Below, one piece after another: positions 25,792-38,744 of a stretch of DNA of 64,000 bases (position 1 is the first letter of the stretch; each line of letters begins with the position of its first letter). Below the pieces are notes generated by a model. The model was not told where the DNA came from. It did no database searches and worked only from the letters and a program-made list of their open reading frames with translations. The translations under genes were made by a program, and so were the position numbers. This DNA comes from Octopus sinensis (Eukaryota): positions 7,936,001-8,000,000 of the forward strand of contig NC_043010.1 of assembly GCF_006345805.1 (NCBI RefSeq). Reading direction: 5' to 3'.

Positions 25792-26287
25792 CATATATAC
25801 ACTTATACATTGTGTGTGTGTGTGTGAGTGTGTGTGTGCATGCATGTGTGTGTGTGTTTTATTAAGTGATTCATTCACTAATACTTTAGGAAGCTATGAG
25901 CAAAGTATTTCAGACCAAAAGTGACAGTTAAAAAGTAAAGCATGTCTAAAGTTGTCTTCCATACTTGCTGAAGTAAAAATAATGTTGATCATTAACTAAT
26001 ATTTTTCTTTTACCACATTTCTGAACATACTTATGCTTTTAATGTTTTAAGTAGTAAACATACACCAATCCATTTAACTATTAAATACTAACTGCACTTT
26101 GTATCTACCAGAAGAGTTTTTCTTTAAAGTTAAAAGAGAATATACGAACCTACCTACCTACCTATCTACCTACCTACCTACCTACCAACATACATACATA
26201 CATACACATACATACAAACATACATATGCATACAGAAGCATGCACATACATACACATATATGTGTCTATTTATATATATGTACATAA

Positions 26288-26321
<34 letters not shown>

Positions 26322-27439
26322 CTGTATATATATATTTATACATTTATACATATATTTTCATATACACACACGGTGTGTTTGTGTGTGAGAGCATGCTTGT
26401 GTGTATGCCTATGTAAGTATGTTTGCATGTATGCAGGCAAGCAGGTGGGTAGGTATATTCTATTTTAACTTATTTAATTATATATATATATATATGTACA
26501 CATACATATACATACATACATACATATCAAAAAGTACACCCATGCACACCCACACTCACACACGCACACACACATATATATATGCACATATTGACATATA
26601 TAAAAGTTTTCATTTATGAGTTTAGTTAATCTAAAGATGATGTAATTCATCAAACAGATAAACTGGATGTAATCATATTAAATGGAGGCAGTTTAAGCAG
26701 ACTAAACATCACTTGATTTATATCCAATAAAACGTGGGAAAAGTTTGATTTCTACTATGGTAAAAGTTTCTTAATTATCTTCTTGTTTGCATAATTATAC
26801 TCTACAAATTTAATGCAAATTTAGTTACAAATTATATCTATTAGTCATTCTCTGGTTCAGTACAAATGAATAGCTAATTGTAAGAATATCATAAGCATTT
26901 TTAATGACCCCACAAATGTTTGAAACTATTTCTAAATTGCTTTTATAATTATTTTGGTCAATTTAGTTATTCAGACAATTATGACCAAACATTAGAATTA
27001 CTCTGTAATTAGCCAGAGACTTTAATTTAGTAGAAAATAAACATCTTTTTGATAACTTGTTGATACTTATGTCATTATATTTCTATTGAAATACATTGCA
27101 TTTGATTCAATTAATTTTGAAAAAAAAATGAAGAATTTGGTAAGATAAATTTTGCTATTATTGAACTGATTACTAAAATTAGCATTAAATTTTGGTTTTA
27201 GTTCAGATACCTTTAAAGCTGGAGGTCTCTGTCATAGAATCAGAGTTAATCTGTTAATCTTTTATCTCTATAGAATCAGAGTTAATCTCAGGTAAGCTTG
27301 AAGCAAAAGGGTTCATAGTTGTCTGACTCAAGTCTACAGGCTCATGAAGTGGGGGCTTCTCCAGAATGTCAAGGTGTTTATACTGAGCATACAAGACCAC
27401 ACCATGAATAGAAGACCATTTCATTGAAGAGTTAACCTC

Positions 27440-27605
27440 CACATACTACTGGTGGTCCTCATACTATTGGTACTCATCTTCCGCTCAGTAGACCGGAGTA
27501 TTGTGAAATGAAGTGCCTTGCTTGAGGACATAAAGTGCTGCCCGATTTGAGAACTGAACTTAACAACCATGCGTCCAACATTCTTAACAACTCTTCTATT
27601 TGTCT
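27440..27605 (-). mobile_element. Degenerate CORE-like SINE head (family E)
   Basis: Minus strand gttaagaatgttggac...gtcctcaagcaaggcacttcatttcac...ctccggtctactgagc..gatgagtacc resembles the tRNA + CORE layout. Confidence 0.5.
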
Positions 27606-28902
27606 TCACTTTCATATCTGAAACCATAATATGTTACTTCAATTTGTTGATACTTTTTAATTGGTTTCGCTAATTCTGTTGCTCTCATGCTAAAGTTTTG
27701 TCTTCAAGGATTTAAGTTAAAAAAATCAGCTTGCTAAAGTAAGGGACTTAAGTAAGGGAATGCAACTTAAACAACAACACTGAGTTTTCAAACCAGTATA
27801 AACATAAACAAAGACATATACACACACAGGCACATACATACATACATACATACATACATACATACATACATACATACATACATACATACATACATACATA
27901 CAGACAGACATACATACATACATACATACGCAAATACATACATACATGTATACGTAAATGCATATATACATATGTGCATACAAACACAGATACATGCATG
28001 CATAAATATACTCACCCTCACACACACAATCATACATATGTGCATACATACATACATATATACATACATACATACACAACATACATACTCACACACATAC
28101 ACACACAGGATATATCTCTGCACATTTTCCTCTCTACCTAAATTCCATTCACAAGTGGTTAGTCAAGCTAAGACTATGGCACATATCATTGGCCCCCATG
28201 CTCCATGAAGTACTTAGGATCAGATCAGACTGAAAGCACATGACAGCCAAGTAGACTTCTTTACCACAGAGCCACATTTTGAAGTTTCATTGTAAACAAT
28301 TAAATTTGTAATGTTTCTTAAGCAGACATCAGATTCAATTCATGACTTTCAAAAGAAATATTATTTTCTTACTGATGAGCAGCCTTATCCCAAAATAACA
28401 GCCAGCTATCATCTATTTTAATATCAAATTATTTTGTCTGCATCCACTGAACTGTAACAAAGTAAATAGTCGGAAGAATATTGAGAGGCACTTGGCTGAC
28501 ATGAGAGAAAAAAATAAACAGTAAAAAGAAGACTATCTGTTGACAATGATTTACATTAAACTAAGAAAATTCCTCATAAACATAGCTTACTTTGAAATTT
28601 TCAATATCTAATGAATTCCCCCACCATCTTCCACCTACATATTAATATGCAGAGTTTGATATTTTCAAAACCTAAACATAACTGAGAAAAGTGTCTTCTA
28701 TAATATTTAATGTAAGAAAAACCAAACTAAGATAAAAAAAACAAAGCAAAAAAAGAAAGAAAACAAAAACAAAAAAAAAAGAGCTATGATAACAGCAGCA
28801 ATAAATTCTATACATATCTTGTTTATGGTTTAACCTTTAACATATGTCTACAATATAAAATTCATACACACACCACACATAGTATATATGTATATATATA
28901 TA

Positions 28903-28942
<40 letters not shown>

Positions 28943-28957
28943 TATATATATATGTAT

Positions 28958-28992
<35 letters not shown>

Positions 28993-29034
28993 ATATATAA
29001 TATATATATTATATTATATATATATATATATATG

Positions 29035-29070
<36 letters not shown>

Positions 29071-30945
29071 GAGAAGACAAATAATTGTGATAAAAATGTT
29101 TCTTAGTAAGTAAAAAATATGATAAAATTTTGACAGTAATAGATAAATAGTAAACAGCAACTAAATTTGAAGTAAGTTGCTTATGTTTTCCTCTGATGGC
29201 TGCTAAACACAGGATTAAATCTGTATTTAGATTTCACTTTAACCACTTAAAATAATTGATGAAGTTAATGCCGTAGTTATCAGGATTGAAAGAGATGATG
29301 ATTCGTTCTGACTTTAACATGTTTCTATTCAAGGTTAGATTCAATATTTCTTTTATGAATTTAATTCCAAGATAATACTGCATCTATCTCGAATTCTGAA
29401 TTTATCATCAAGAGACTTCTTTTGGCAGAGAAACAATAAAGAAAACAGAAGAAAGGAAAGAAAAGCCAGTTAGAAATGCGTCAGTGTTTCGTTAAGATCT
29501 GAATATTTAAAATGGATTAATGTAATTTTTAAAAGCAATCTATCTTAGTTTTACTTCAATAATCCATAGAAAAGCCAAATAATCATCTTTGCAGCTTAAG
29601 CTCAATAAAAACTTTGCTAAACTGCAAGTTTTAAACATTGTGCCTGCTCTATTTAATAACAGCAGAAGCTCATGTAGATGGCTAGTGGGCAGCATTGTTA
29701 ATCATTTAGAGAAAATTCTTTGAGGCATTTGTTATGACCGTGTGCCCCGAGTTCAAATTCTGCTACCTCACATTCGTCTTTTGTCCTTACAGCACCAACA
29801 AAATGTACCAATCCAGGGCAGTGGATTAGCAGAATTGTAAGAACTTTGAGATAGACACCTTGCAGTATTTGTTCCTAATCTTTGCATTCTGGGTTCAGCT
29901 CTCTCACAGGGCCTATTTGGGTGGGAGTCTAGACCCATTCCTTAATTTAAAATCACTGGCACCTTGGGTGCCTTTAGCAGAATCCATTCTGCTGCAAGCA
30001 TTTGCACCGGGTAGCTGGTCTCAAAATCTTCCTCACTATTTCTCTCCAGTCTTAGAGAAATTGTAAAGTGTTATGGCCACTGCCTTTCTCACCTGACTAA
30101 AAGTTAAAGAATTGGAATATTTAAAGTAAATATTTAAATAAAATACTTTTTGGACCCAACTGGTGGTTTCCTGGTACTGGAATGCAAGTTGGGACTTGAT
30201 CAACCCTAATTCGATCAACTGGGCAAGAGAGGTCAAATGTCAAATGTTGAAAGAGGGGTCAAATGTTGAAAGACATGAAACCTATTGAGACCCTGGAAAT
30301 ATCACTAAGGATGCATCTCAGGGCATTTGTTAGAGATGTTTTGGAACTGTCAAAAGTAGTAAATTTTTATACGGAAATTTGAAATTTAATAACAATGACA
30401 AATTAAATTTAAATGTTGAAGTGAATCTAACAGTTTTTGTGTGTTTCTTAAATGGCTTATAAACACCTTCCATGCTGCAATTGTTTTTGTTCCAGCACAC
30501 GATCTCAGATCAGGTCACTTGCTATGCAAGTACATACATCTCCGTAATTCTAAAATTTAATAGTTCCATTGTTATGAATGAATGTCAGTTGATCAATTGA
30601 GACACTATTACTCACAACGATTTTATAACCTGAGTGGTATCAAGATAATTTCCTCCCTTCCTCATACTAGTTTTATGGGTTCTGAGAATGGGTCATGTGA
30701 ACTACTTTTTCTCTTCTAAGCCATGAAAATAATTACAAACATAAATATATTACAGTACTACATTACTCTTTAGCCATAATAAAATTTTCAAGGATTAGTA
30801 CAAGGACACACATTTTTAAGGAGTGGGAACAGTCAATGGAATCAACTCCCGCACTTGACTAGTACTTATACAATCAGTTCTGGAAGGATTAGAAGCAAAG
30901 TCTATCTCAACCACATTTTAGTTCTAAATAACTAAGTATAACATA

Positions 30946-31352
30946 GACGCAGGAGTGGCTGTGTGGTAAGTAGCTTGCTAACCAACCACATGGTTCCGGG
31001 TTCAATCCCACTGTGTGGCATCTTGGGCAAGTGTCTTCTGCTATAGCCTCGGGCCGACCAAAGCCTTGTGAGTGGATTTGGTAGATGGAAACTGAAAGAA
31101 GCCTGTCATATATATGTATATATATATGTATGTGTGTTTGTGTGTCTGTGTTTGTCCCCTAGCATTGCTTGACAACCGATGCTGGTGTGTTTACGTCCCC
31201 GTCACTTAGCGATTCGGCAAAAAGAGACCGATAGAATAAGTACGGGCTTACAAAAAGAATAAGTCCGGGGTCGATTTGCTCGACTAAGCAGTGCTCCTGC
31301 ATGGCCACAGTCTAATGACTGAAACAAGTAAAAGAGAAAAGAGAAGAGAGTA
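30946..31352 (+). mobile_element. Family A SINE
   Basis: Head-to-tail match. Confidence 0.9.
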
Positions 31353-32357
31353 TTTCAAAGCCTTTTGTCAACACCTTTTTGATACTACAAACTCAATGAC
31401 ATAATTATTTCTAACATAGAAATATGGTTAGAATTTTTTTTTCAAAGGTCAGATTTATTGACTCCAGTACTTACTACTATTTCATCTTACCCACATAAGT
31501 ATAAAAAGTGTATTTGACTTTGGTGGAATTGGAACCCAGAATGAAAAAAGTTGGAACAAAGACTGCATAGTATTTCATCAAATACTGTAAAACTTCTTCC
31601 AAACCACTGCCTTTAACTAAAGTGATAATAATCTTATATTATCAAAAGAAGTTGATCTCCATCTGTCAGTCTGTCTGTAACAGGCAGGGAAGAAGGGGAG
31701 GAATTAAAAGAGGAGATAACTCCTGTCACAATATATATATTTAGGAGGAGAAAAGAGGGGGGAAAAGTTGTAGTTGAAAGAGGAATGCAGTTAGAGAGAG
31801 AAGGGTAGAGAGTAAAAGATAGATAGGTAAGTAGTGTTACTACCATAGTAATTAAAAAGTTTTCATTAAAAATTAAGGAATTTTAAGTACAAGTCTGTCA
31901 ACATTACACAACGAAGATTTAAAAAAAAACTATTTGTATATATATATGATACATAGATATTATTTTGTGTGTGTGTGCGTCTGTGTGTCAGTGTGTATGT
32001 CCATGTGTGTGTCTTTATGTCTCTCAACATATAGAGAATGCAACACAGACTTTAGAAAAAGACTTTCATTATAATGACAGGTTGTTGCTGTTTATGTTGT
32101 GGTTGCTGTTGAGAGAAATAATGTGAAAGAGAGAGAGAGAGGAAAGGTGCTAGTCAATTACATCAACCCCAGTACATAACTGGTACTTGTTTCATTGACC
32201 CTGAATGGATGAAAGGCAAAGTCAACCGCGGCGGAATATGAACTGATAACATAAGGATGGGTGAAATGCTGCTAAGCATTTTGTCCAGTGTGCTAATGAA
32301 ATAAAAATAATAATAATAATAGTAATAATAATAGTAAAAATAATAATAATGATGATG

Positions 32358-32412
<55 letters not shown>

Positions 32413-32542
32413 TAATTATAATAATATGCATAAAGCACTGCTTGTCTTAGGTCCTTGTTGTGACTGGACAGATGGTACAAACCCCCAGTAGACACAATAA
32501 CTTCAATCAACAACCTCACAATATTGTATACTGTGCGACGTC

Positions 32543-32598
<56 letters not shown>

Positions 32599-32872
32599 AG
32601 CCACAGGTGTAACTGACAAAGGCACATTACAAGTCCAAATCACATGACTATGAATTTATAGGAAAGGAGTATAGTAAACCGAAATGATCACAGGATATAA
32701 CTGATACTAATTTCATCTACCCTGTTGGGGTACAAAGAGTAGTCTTTCTTTAGTAGAATGAGTACCCAAGTAGAGATAATAAAATACTGCAAGATATTTA
32801 AACCAATATTGTACTGTTTCTTCATAATTTTACAAAAAAAACGCTTTTAATTATTTTTAATTATTTAAATAT

Positions 32873-33306
32873 GTGCAGGAGTGGCTGTGTAGTAAGTAGC
32901 TTGCTAACCAACCACATGGTTCCGGGTTCAGTCCCACTGCGTGGCATCTTGAGCAAGTGTCTTCTGCTATAGCCTCGAGCCGACCAATGCCTTGTGAGTG
33001 GATTTGGTAGACGGAAACTGAAAGAAGCCTGTCGTATATATGTATATATGTATATATGTCGTATATATATATGTGTGTGTATCAGTTTGTGTGTCTGTGT
33101 TTGTCCCCCTAGCATTGCTTGACAACCGATGCTGGTGTGTTTACGTCCCCGTCACTTAGCGGTTCGGCAAAAAGAGACCGATAGAATAAGTACTGGGCTT
33201 ACAAAGAATAAGTCCCGGGGTCGATTTGCTCGACTAAAAGGCGGTGCTCCAGCATGGCCGCAGTCAAATGACTGAAAGAAGTAAAAGAGTAAAGAGTAAA
33301 AGAGTA
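32873..33306 (+). mobile_element. Family A SINE next to a protocadherin splice donor
   Basis: Head-to-tail match; tail ends 13 nt from the exon boundary at 33320. Confidence 0.9.
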
Positions 33307-33319
33307 TAGAAGAACGTAC

Positions 33320-33482
33320 CTGTAAATTGACCCATATCATCCATGTTCCCTTCACATATTCCTTGTCCACTGTCCACATATGATTCTGGTCTCATGTCAC
33401 TGTATCGGTAAAGTGCCTGTGCTGAAGCTGCTTGCTCTTCGGTCCAGCCAACATATGTCTGAACTTCCTGCTGAGAACACTT
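33320..33482 (-). CDS. PCDH: Protocadherin second coding exon (cytoplasmic tail), 163 nt, phase 0 to phase 1
   Basis: Acceptor ttttgtttctttttttcttttcttctcccccccccttaattatAG| and donor CAG|GTACGT. Open in the frame set by the upstream donor: KCSQQEVQTYVGWTEEQAASAQALYRYSDMRPESYVDSGQGICEGNMDDMGQFT(G). Contains DSGxG as in protocadherin tails. Confidence 0.82.
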
Positions 33483-34370
33483 CTATAATTAAGGGGGGGG
33501 GAGAAGAAAAGAAAAAAAGAAACAAAAATCATTGGTAAGTAATTTTCTTTACCAATACTTATAATGTGTTTTCATAAGATATCATTAAGTCTTGACTTGA
33601 GACATTTAATTATCAAAATAGCTACCAACCAATCATTTCATGTCAAATAATCTATTAAAACTATTAATTCTTGAAAAAGCGCCACATAAAAATGTTTTGA
33701 GTCTTTGAAAGTTGACTAGTTCTTTGATTCTTTGCTTTATATTTCTTTTTCACAAAGTTTCAAAATTATTGATTTCTTACTGATTTCTAACAAGTTATTG
33801 ATTTCTAAAATTTTACACAGCCATAATAACTTTTGATAAGGTTTGGAGCAGTTGAGTTCGTTGACTCCAGATCTTAGCCAGTATTTATATTATTGACCCT
33901 TGAAGGATAAAAGGCAAATTCTACTGTGGGAGGAATTGTACTCAGAGTGTAAAAGAACAGTTTCAAAATTAATATTAAAAAATCTAGTAAAGTGTAAAAG
34001 AGTATCTAAATTAATGATCTCACAGATTCCAAGATAACATCATTTGATTGAGATTACTTGAAGTTTTACAGAGTTTTTTTCCTTCAGATTCATTGTCGCC
34101 AGCATCAGTTTCATTATCGTTGTCTCAATTAAATTGTTATGCATATCAGTTTTGTCATCCTCAACTTAAATTTCATCATAGTCACCTTAAAGATCATCGC
34201 TGTAGAATGGAATGAAATTTGTGTGTGTGTGTGTGTTTTAATGAACAAATATTGAGATAATTGACCAGAATTGTGAAAGAATGTAAACATTAAAATGCTT
34301 TGTAAAGAATTGCAAGTTTCGTATGATAAAAATTGTTGCACCTTATTTACTATAAATATACAACTATACC

Positions 34371-34601
34371 TATTTCTTTACTACCCACAAGGGGCTAAAC
34401 ACAGAGAGGACAAACAAGGACAGACAAACGGATTAAGGCGATTATATTGACCCCAGTCTGTAATTGGTACTTATTTTATCGACCCCGTAAGGATGAAAGG
34501 CAAAGTCGACCTCGGCGGAATTCGAACTCAGAACGTAATGGCAGACGAAATACGGCTACGCATTTCACCCGGTGTGCTAACGTTTCTGCCAGCTCGCCGC
34601 C
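34371..34601 (-). mobile_element. Full-length B1 SINE with 18-bp TSD
   Basis: TAAATATACAACTATACC at 34353-34370 and 34608-34625. Confidence 0.9.
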
Positions 34602-34635
34602 TTTATGTAAATATACAACTATACCACCGTCGCCT

Positions 34636-34901
34636 TACTGGCACTTGTGCCGGTGTGCAGGTGACACGTAAAAAAAAAAAAACATGATTTTCCGTGACCA
34701 TTGCCAGTACCGCCTGGCTGGCCCCCGTGCCAGTGGCACATAAAAGCACCCACTACACTCTTCGAGTGGTTGGCATTAGAAAGGGCATCCAGCTGTAGAA
34801 ACTCTGCCAAATCAAGTTCGGAGCCAGGTGCAGCCATCTGGTTTGCCAGTCCTCAGTCAAATCATCCAACCCATGCTGGCATGGAAAGCGGACGTTAAAT
34901 A

Positions 34902-34933
<32 letters not shown>
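34636..34933 (+). mobile_element. Family C copy
   Basis: gagtggttggcattagaaagggcatccagctgtagaaac...ggacgttaaataatgatgat. Confidence 0.8.
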
Positions 34934-35236
34934 AGTGCATTAGATGCAAAACTACATACTGTACTCTATACACAACATGACAAAGATGAAGATAAATTCT
35001 ATCAGTTTAACCTTTTATTCATTATTCCCACTTCATAATTCTCTCAACATATTCCTTACAAATCCAGCACAATCATTTTTGGTAATCAGCCAGTGCAAAT
35101 ATATTTACATAAATATATTGATTGATGCTAAACTACGTTATTTACTTTTGGGTTTGTCATGTTGCATATCTATATAGTATGATATGCAATTTTACACTTA
35201 ATATGTAAAACGTATGTATATTTAGAGTAATTTATA

Positions 35237-35750
35237 GATGCAGGCATGGCTGTGTGTTAAGAAGTTTGCTCTCCCAACTACATGGTTCTAGGTTCAGTCC
35301 CATAGCATGGTACCTTGGGCAAGTGTCTTCTATTTAAACACTAGGCTGAACATAGTCTTGTGTGTAGCTTTGGTAGACAAAAACTAAAAGAAATCTGTCA
35401 CACACACACACACACACACACCACACACACACACATATATTATGTGTATGTGTCTTTGTGTCAGCATTTGTCACCTCACCATCACTTGACAACCAATGAG
35501 TAAAAGAATGTATGTATATATTTGTGTCTGTGTTTGTCCCCCACCATTGCTTGACAATGGTGTGTTTATATCTCCATAACTTAGCAGTTCAGCAAAATAG
35601 ACCAATAGAATGAGAGCCAGGCTTTAAAAAAAAATTTTAATAAAATTGGTGCTGGGCTCAATTTATTTGACTAAAGTTCTTCAATGCCGTGCCCCAGCAT
35701 TGCCACAGTCTAATGACTAATACAAGTAAAGGATAAGAGATAAAAGATAA
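35237..35750 (+). mobile_element. Older family A SINE
   Basis: Diverged head and tail with an internal (CA)n. Confidence 0.7.
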
Positions 35751-35944
35751 ACTAAGTGTGACAATTTTTCATCATAGAAAACATATAATCCTTTAATGTT
35801 TTAATGTGTTTGCACTCTCTTAAAATTCTGCAACAACTAATCACTGATGTCAATCCCAGTGCATAATAAAAAAGCAGGAAAAAATTGCTCCATTCTACAC
35901 TGACATTTAAGTTGATGACAACAAAATTTTAAAGTTTGATGATA

Positions 35945-36525
35945 ATCTTTTCTACTATAGGAACAAGGCCTGAAATTTTGGTGGAGGGGGGGATAGACGA
36001 TTACATCAACCCCAGTACTCAACTGGTACTTATTTTATCAACCCCGAGAGGATGAAAAGATGAAAAGCAAAGTTAACTCAGAACGTGTAGACAGATGAAA
36101 TACCTATTTCTTTACTACCCACAAGGGGCTAAACACAGAGGGGACAAACAAGGACAGACAAACGGATTAAGTCGATTACGTCAACCCCAGTGCGTAACTG
36201 GTACTTAATTTATCGACCCCGAAAGGATGAAAGGCAAAGTCGACCTTGGCGGAATTTGAACTCACAACGTAACGCAGACGAAATACCGTTAAGCATTTCA
36301 CCCAGCAAGCTAACGATTCTTTTCTACTTTAGGCACAAGGCCTGAAATTTTAGGGGAGAGGGCCAGTCTATTACATCGATCCCAGTATGCAACTGGTACT
36401 TAATTTATTGACCCCCAAAGGGATGAAAGGCAAAGTCAAATCATTTGAACTCAGAATGTAAAGAAAAAGGAAATACCGCTAAACATTTTGCCTGGCGTGC
36501 TAACATTTCTGCCAGCTTGCCACCC
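35945..36525 (-). mobile_element. Head-to-tail stack of three B SINE bodies (B2-B1-B2)
   Basis: Three core copies; the gaaatacc|tatttctttac junction at 36104/36105 is the same as at 21008. Confidence 0.82.
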
Positions 36526-37122
36526 TTTGAGGTTGATGATGAGGAGAATGAGATGGAAGTCAATGTAACTGAGACTGATGATGAAAAATTTGAGGTTGAT
36601 GTTGTTGAGGTGAACGTTGATAATATAATATATATCATCAATGTAATAAAAATTTCATTAAGCAAGATAAAAAAATAAAATATCCTTGCATTCCAGTATA
36701 TTTCCATAACATTTTTTGTATATATAGGTGTATTATGTGAAGGTGTATACACAATAACATACACACACAAGTGTATATACATATAGCGTGTGAATGTGCA
36801 TGTGTGAGTGTCTATATGTATATAAATTTGTATGCAGGTGTATGTAACTATGTATCTCTCTCCCTCTCTTTCATCCATACGAGTGTGCTAGTATGTGTGT
36901 AAGTGAACATATACATACATATATATTTATATACATATATATATACATACATATATATACATGTATATATAGACGATAAGAAAATAGAAAAATGAATAAC
37001 AATGAGAAGTGGATCTTTGGTGTTATAAAGCCATTATCTAATTAACTAATTAATTAATTAAGATGGGAGTATGACAGAGTAAGTTTACAGCTGTTTCCAT
37101 GTATCAGGCTTGGGTAAATATG

Positions 37123-37162
<40 letters not shown>

Positions 37163-37263
37163 GTGTGTGTGTATGTATATATATGTATATATATATATGT
37201 ATATATATATATAATATATATATATATATACATACACCACACACCACACACACACACACACAC

Positions 37264-37297
<34 letters not shown>

Positions 37298-37892
37298 GAT
37301 ATACATGCACACACACACACTATTCCAACATGGGTTTAAAATGGGAAATTAGATTTATAAGTTGTTGTTAATAATGAGAAAGAGAGAAAAAGAAAGAAAG
37401 AAAGAGAGAGAGAAAGGGAAGAAGAAGCAAAACAGGAAAAGACACATTAAAAAGGAAGTGAAAGTGGGGAGAGACAAGATTTTTTCTTTAAGAAATATTT
37501 ATAGCATCGCCTGAATAGTTAAGACATTTGCTTTGTAAGCATGAGATCCAAAGTTCAATCTCATTGATTAGCATACTGAGCAAATGTCATTTCCTGTAGC
37601 CTCGGGTCAACCTAAACTTTGTTAGTGAAATTTGATTGACAGGAAATGCAGAGAAGCTGATCAGGTGAATTGTAACTGGAATTCAGAAGGTACAACTCTG
37701 TCACACCAGGTGTGATGCTGATTATGCCTGGAACTTTCATTAAGGGCATAAACATATGCATATACACAGTTGCATACATATATATATATATATGTTGTGT
37801 AGGTAGTTAGGGTAAATCCCAACTGTTTCCTGTCTAAAGAATGTCTGGTAAGAAATTCCTAAAATATCTATCAAACATTAGCAAATGTTATA

Positions 37893-38300
37893 GGCACAGG
37901 AGTGGTAAGTAGCTTGCTAACCAACCACATGGTTCCGGGTTCAGTCCCACTGCGTGGCATCTTGGGCAAGTGTCTTCTGCTATAGCCCCGGGCCGACCAA
38001 TGCCTTGTGAGTGGATTTGGTAGACGGAAACTGAAAGAAGACTGTCGTATATATGTATATATATATATATATTTCTTTACTACCCACAAGGGGCTAAACA
38101 CAGATGGGACAAACAAGGACAGACAAACGGATTAAGTCGATTATATCGACCCCAGTGTGTAACTGGTACTTAATTTATCGACCCCGAAAGGATGAAAGGC
38201 AAAGTCGACCTTGGCGGAATTTGAACTCGGAACGTGACGACAGACGAAATACAGCTACGCATTTCGCCCAGCGTGCTAACGTTTCTGCCAGCTCGCCGCC

Positions 38301-38335
<35 letters not shown>

Positions 38336-38620
38336 TATAATATATAATATGTATGTGTGTGTATATGTTTGTGTGTCTGTGTTTGTCCCCCCACCATCGC
38401 TTGACAACCGATGCTGGTGTGTACCGATGCTGGTGTGTACCGATGCTGGTGTGTATCGATGCTGGTGTGTTTACGTCCCCGTCACTTAGCGGCTCGGCAA
38501 AAAGAGACCGATAGAATAAGTACTGGGCTTACAAAGAATAAGTCCCGGGGTCGATTTGCTCGACTAAAGGTGGTGCTCCAGCATGGCCGCAGTCAAATGA
38601 CTGAAACAAGTAAAAGAGTA
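37893..38620 (+). mobile_element. Family A SINE interrupted by a B1 SINE
   Basis: Head 37893-38050, tail 38345-38620; also four tandem copies of accgatgctggtgtgt at 38407-38470. Confidence 0.88.
38070..38300 (-). mobile_element. Full-length B1 SINE nested in the internal (TA)n of a family A copy
   Basis: Near-identical to 34371-34601; (TA)n on both sides. Confidence 0.9.
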
Positions 38621-38744
38621 AAATGAAACACATGTGATGATGAATAAATAATATCAAAATATTTCCAATTTGCTATTTTGCTCTACATATATATATAAGT
38701 ATATATTATCCAAAGTGTACAGTATAATATATCCATCAAGGTTA

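Noticed and set aside
30130-30545. Unique-looking block with a gtcaaatgttgaaaga duplication and AGGTCA half-sites
   Set aside because: No termini, ORF or second copy in the window; the motif is too short to support a regulatory call.
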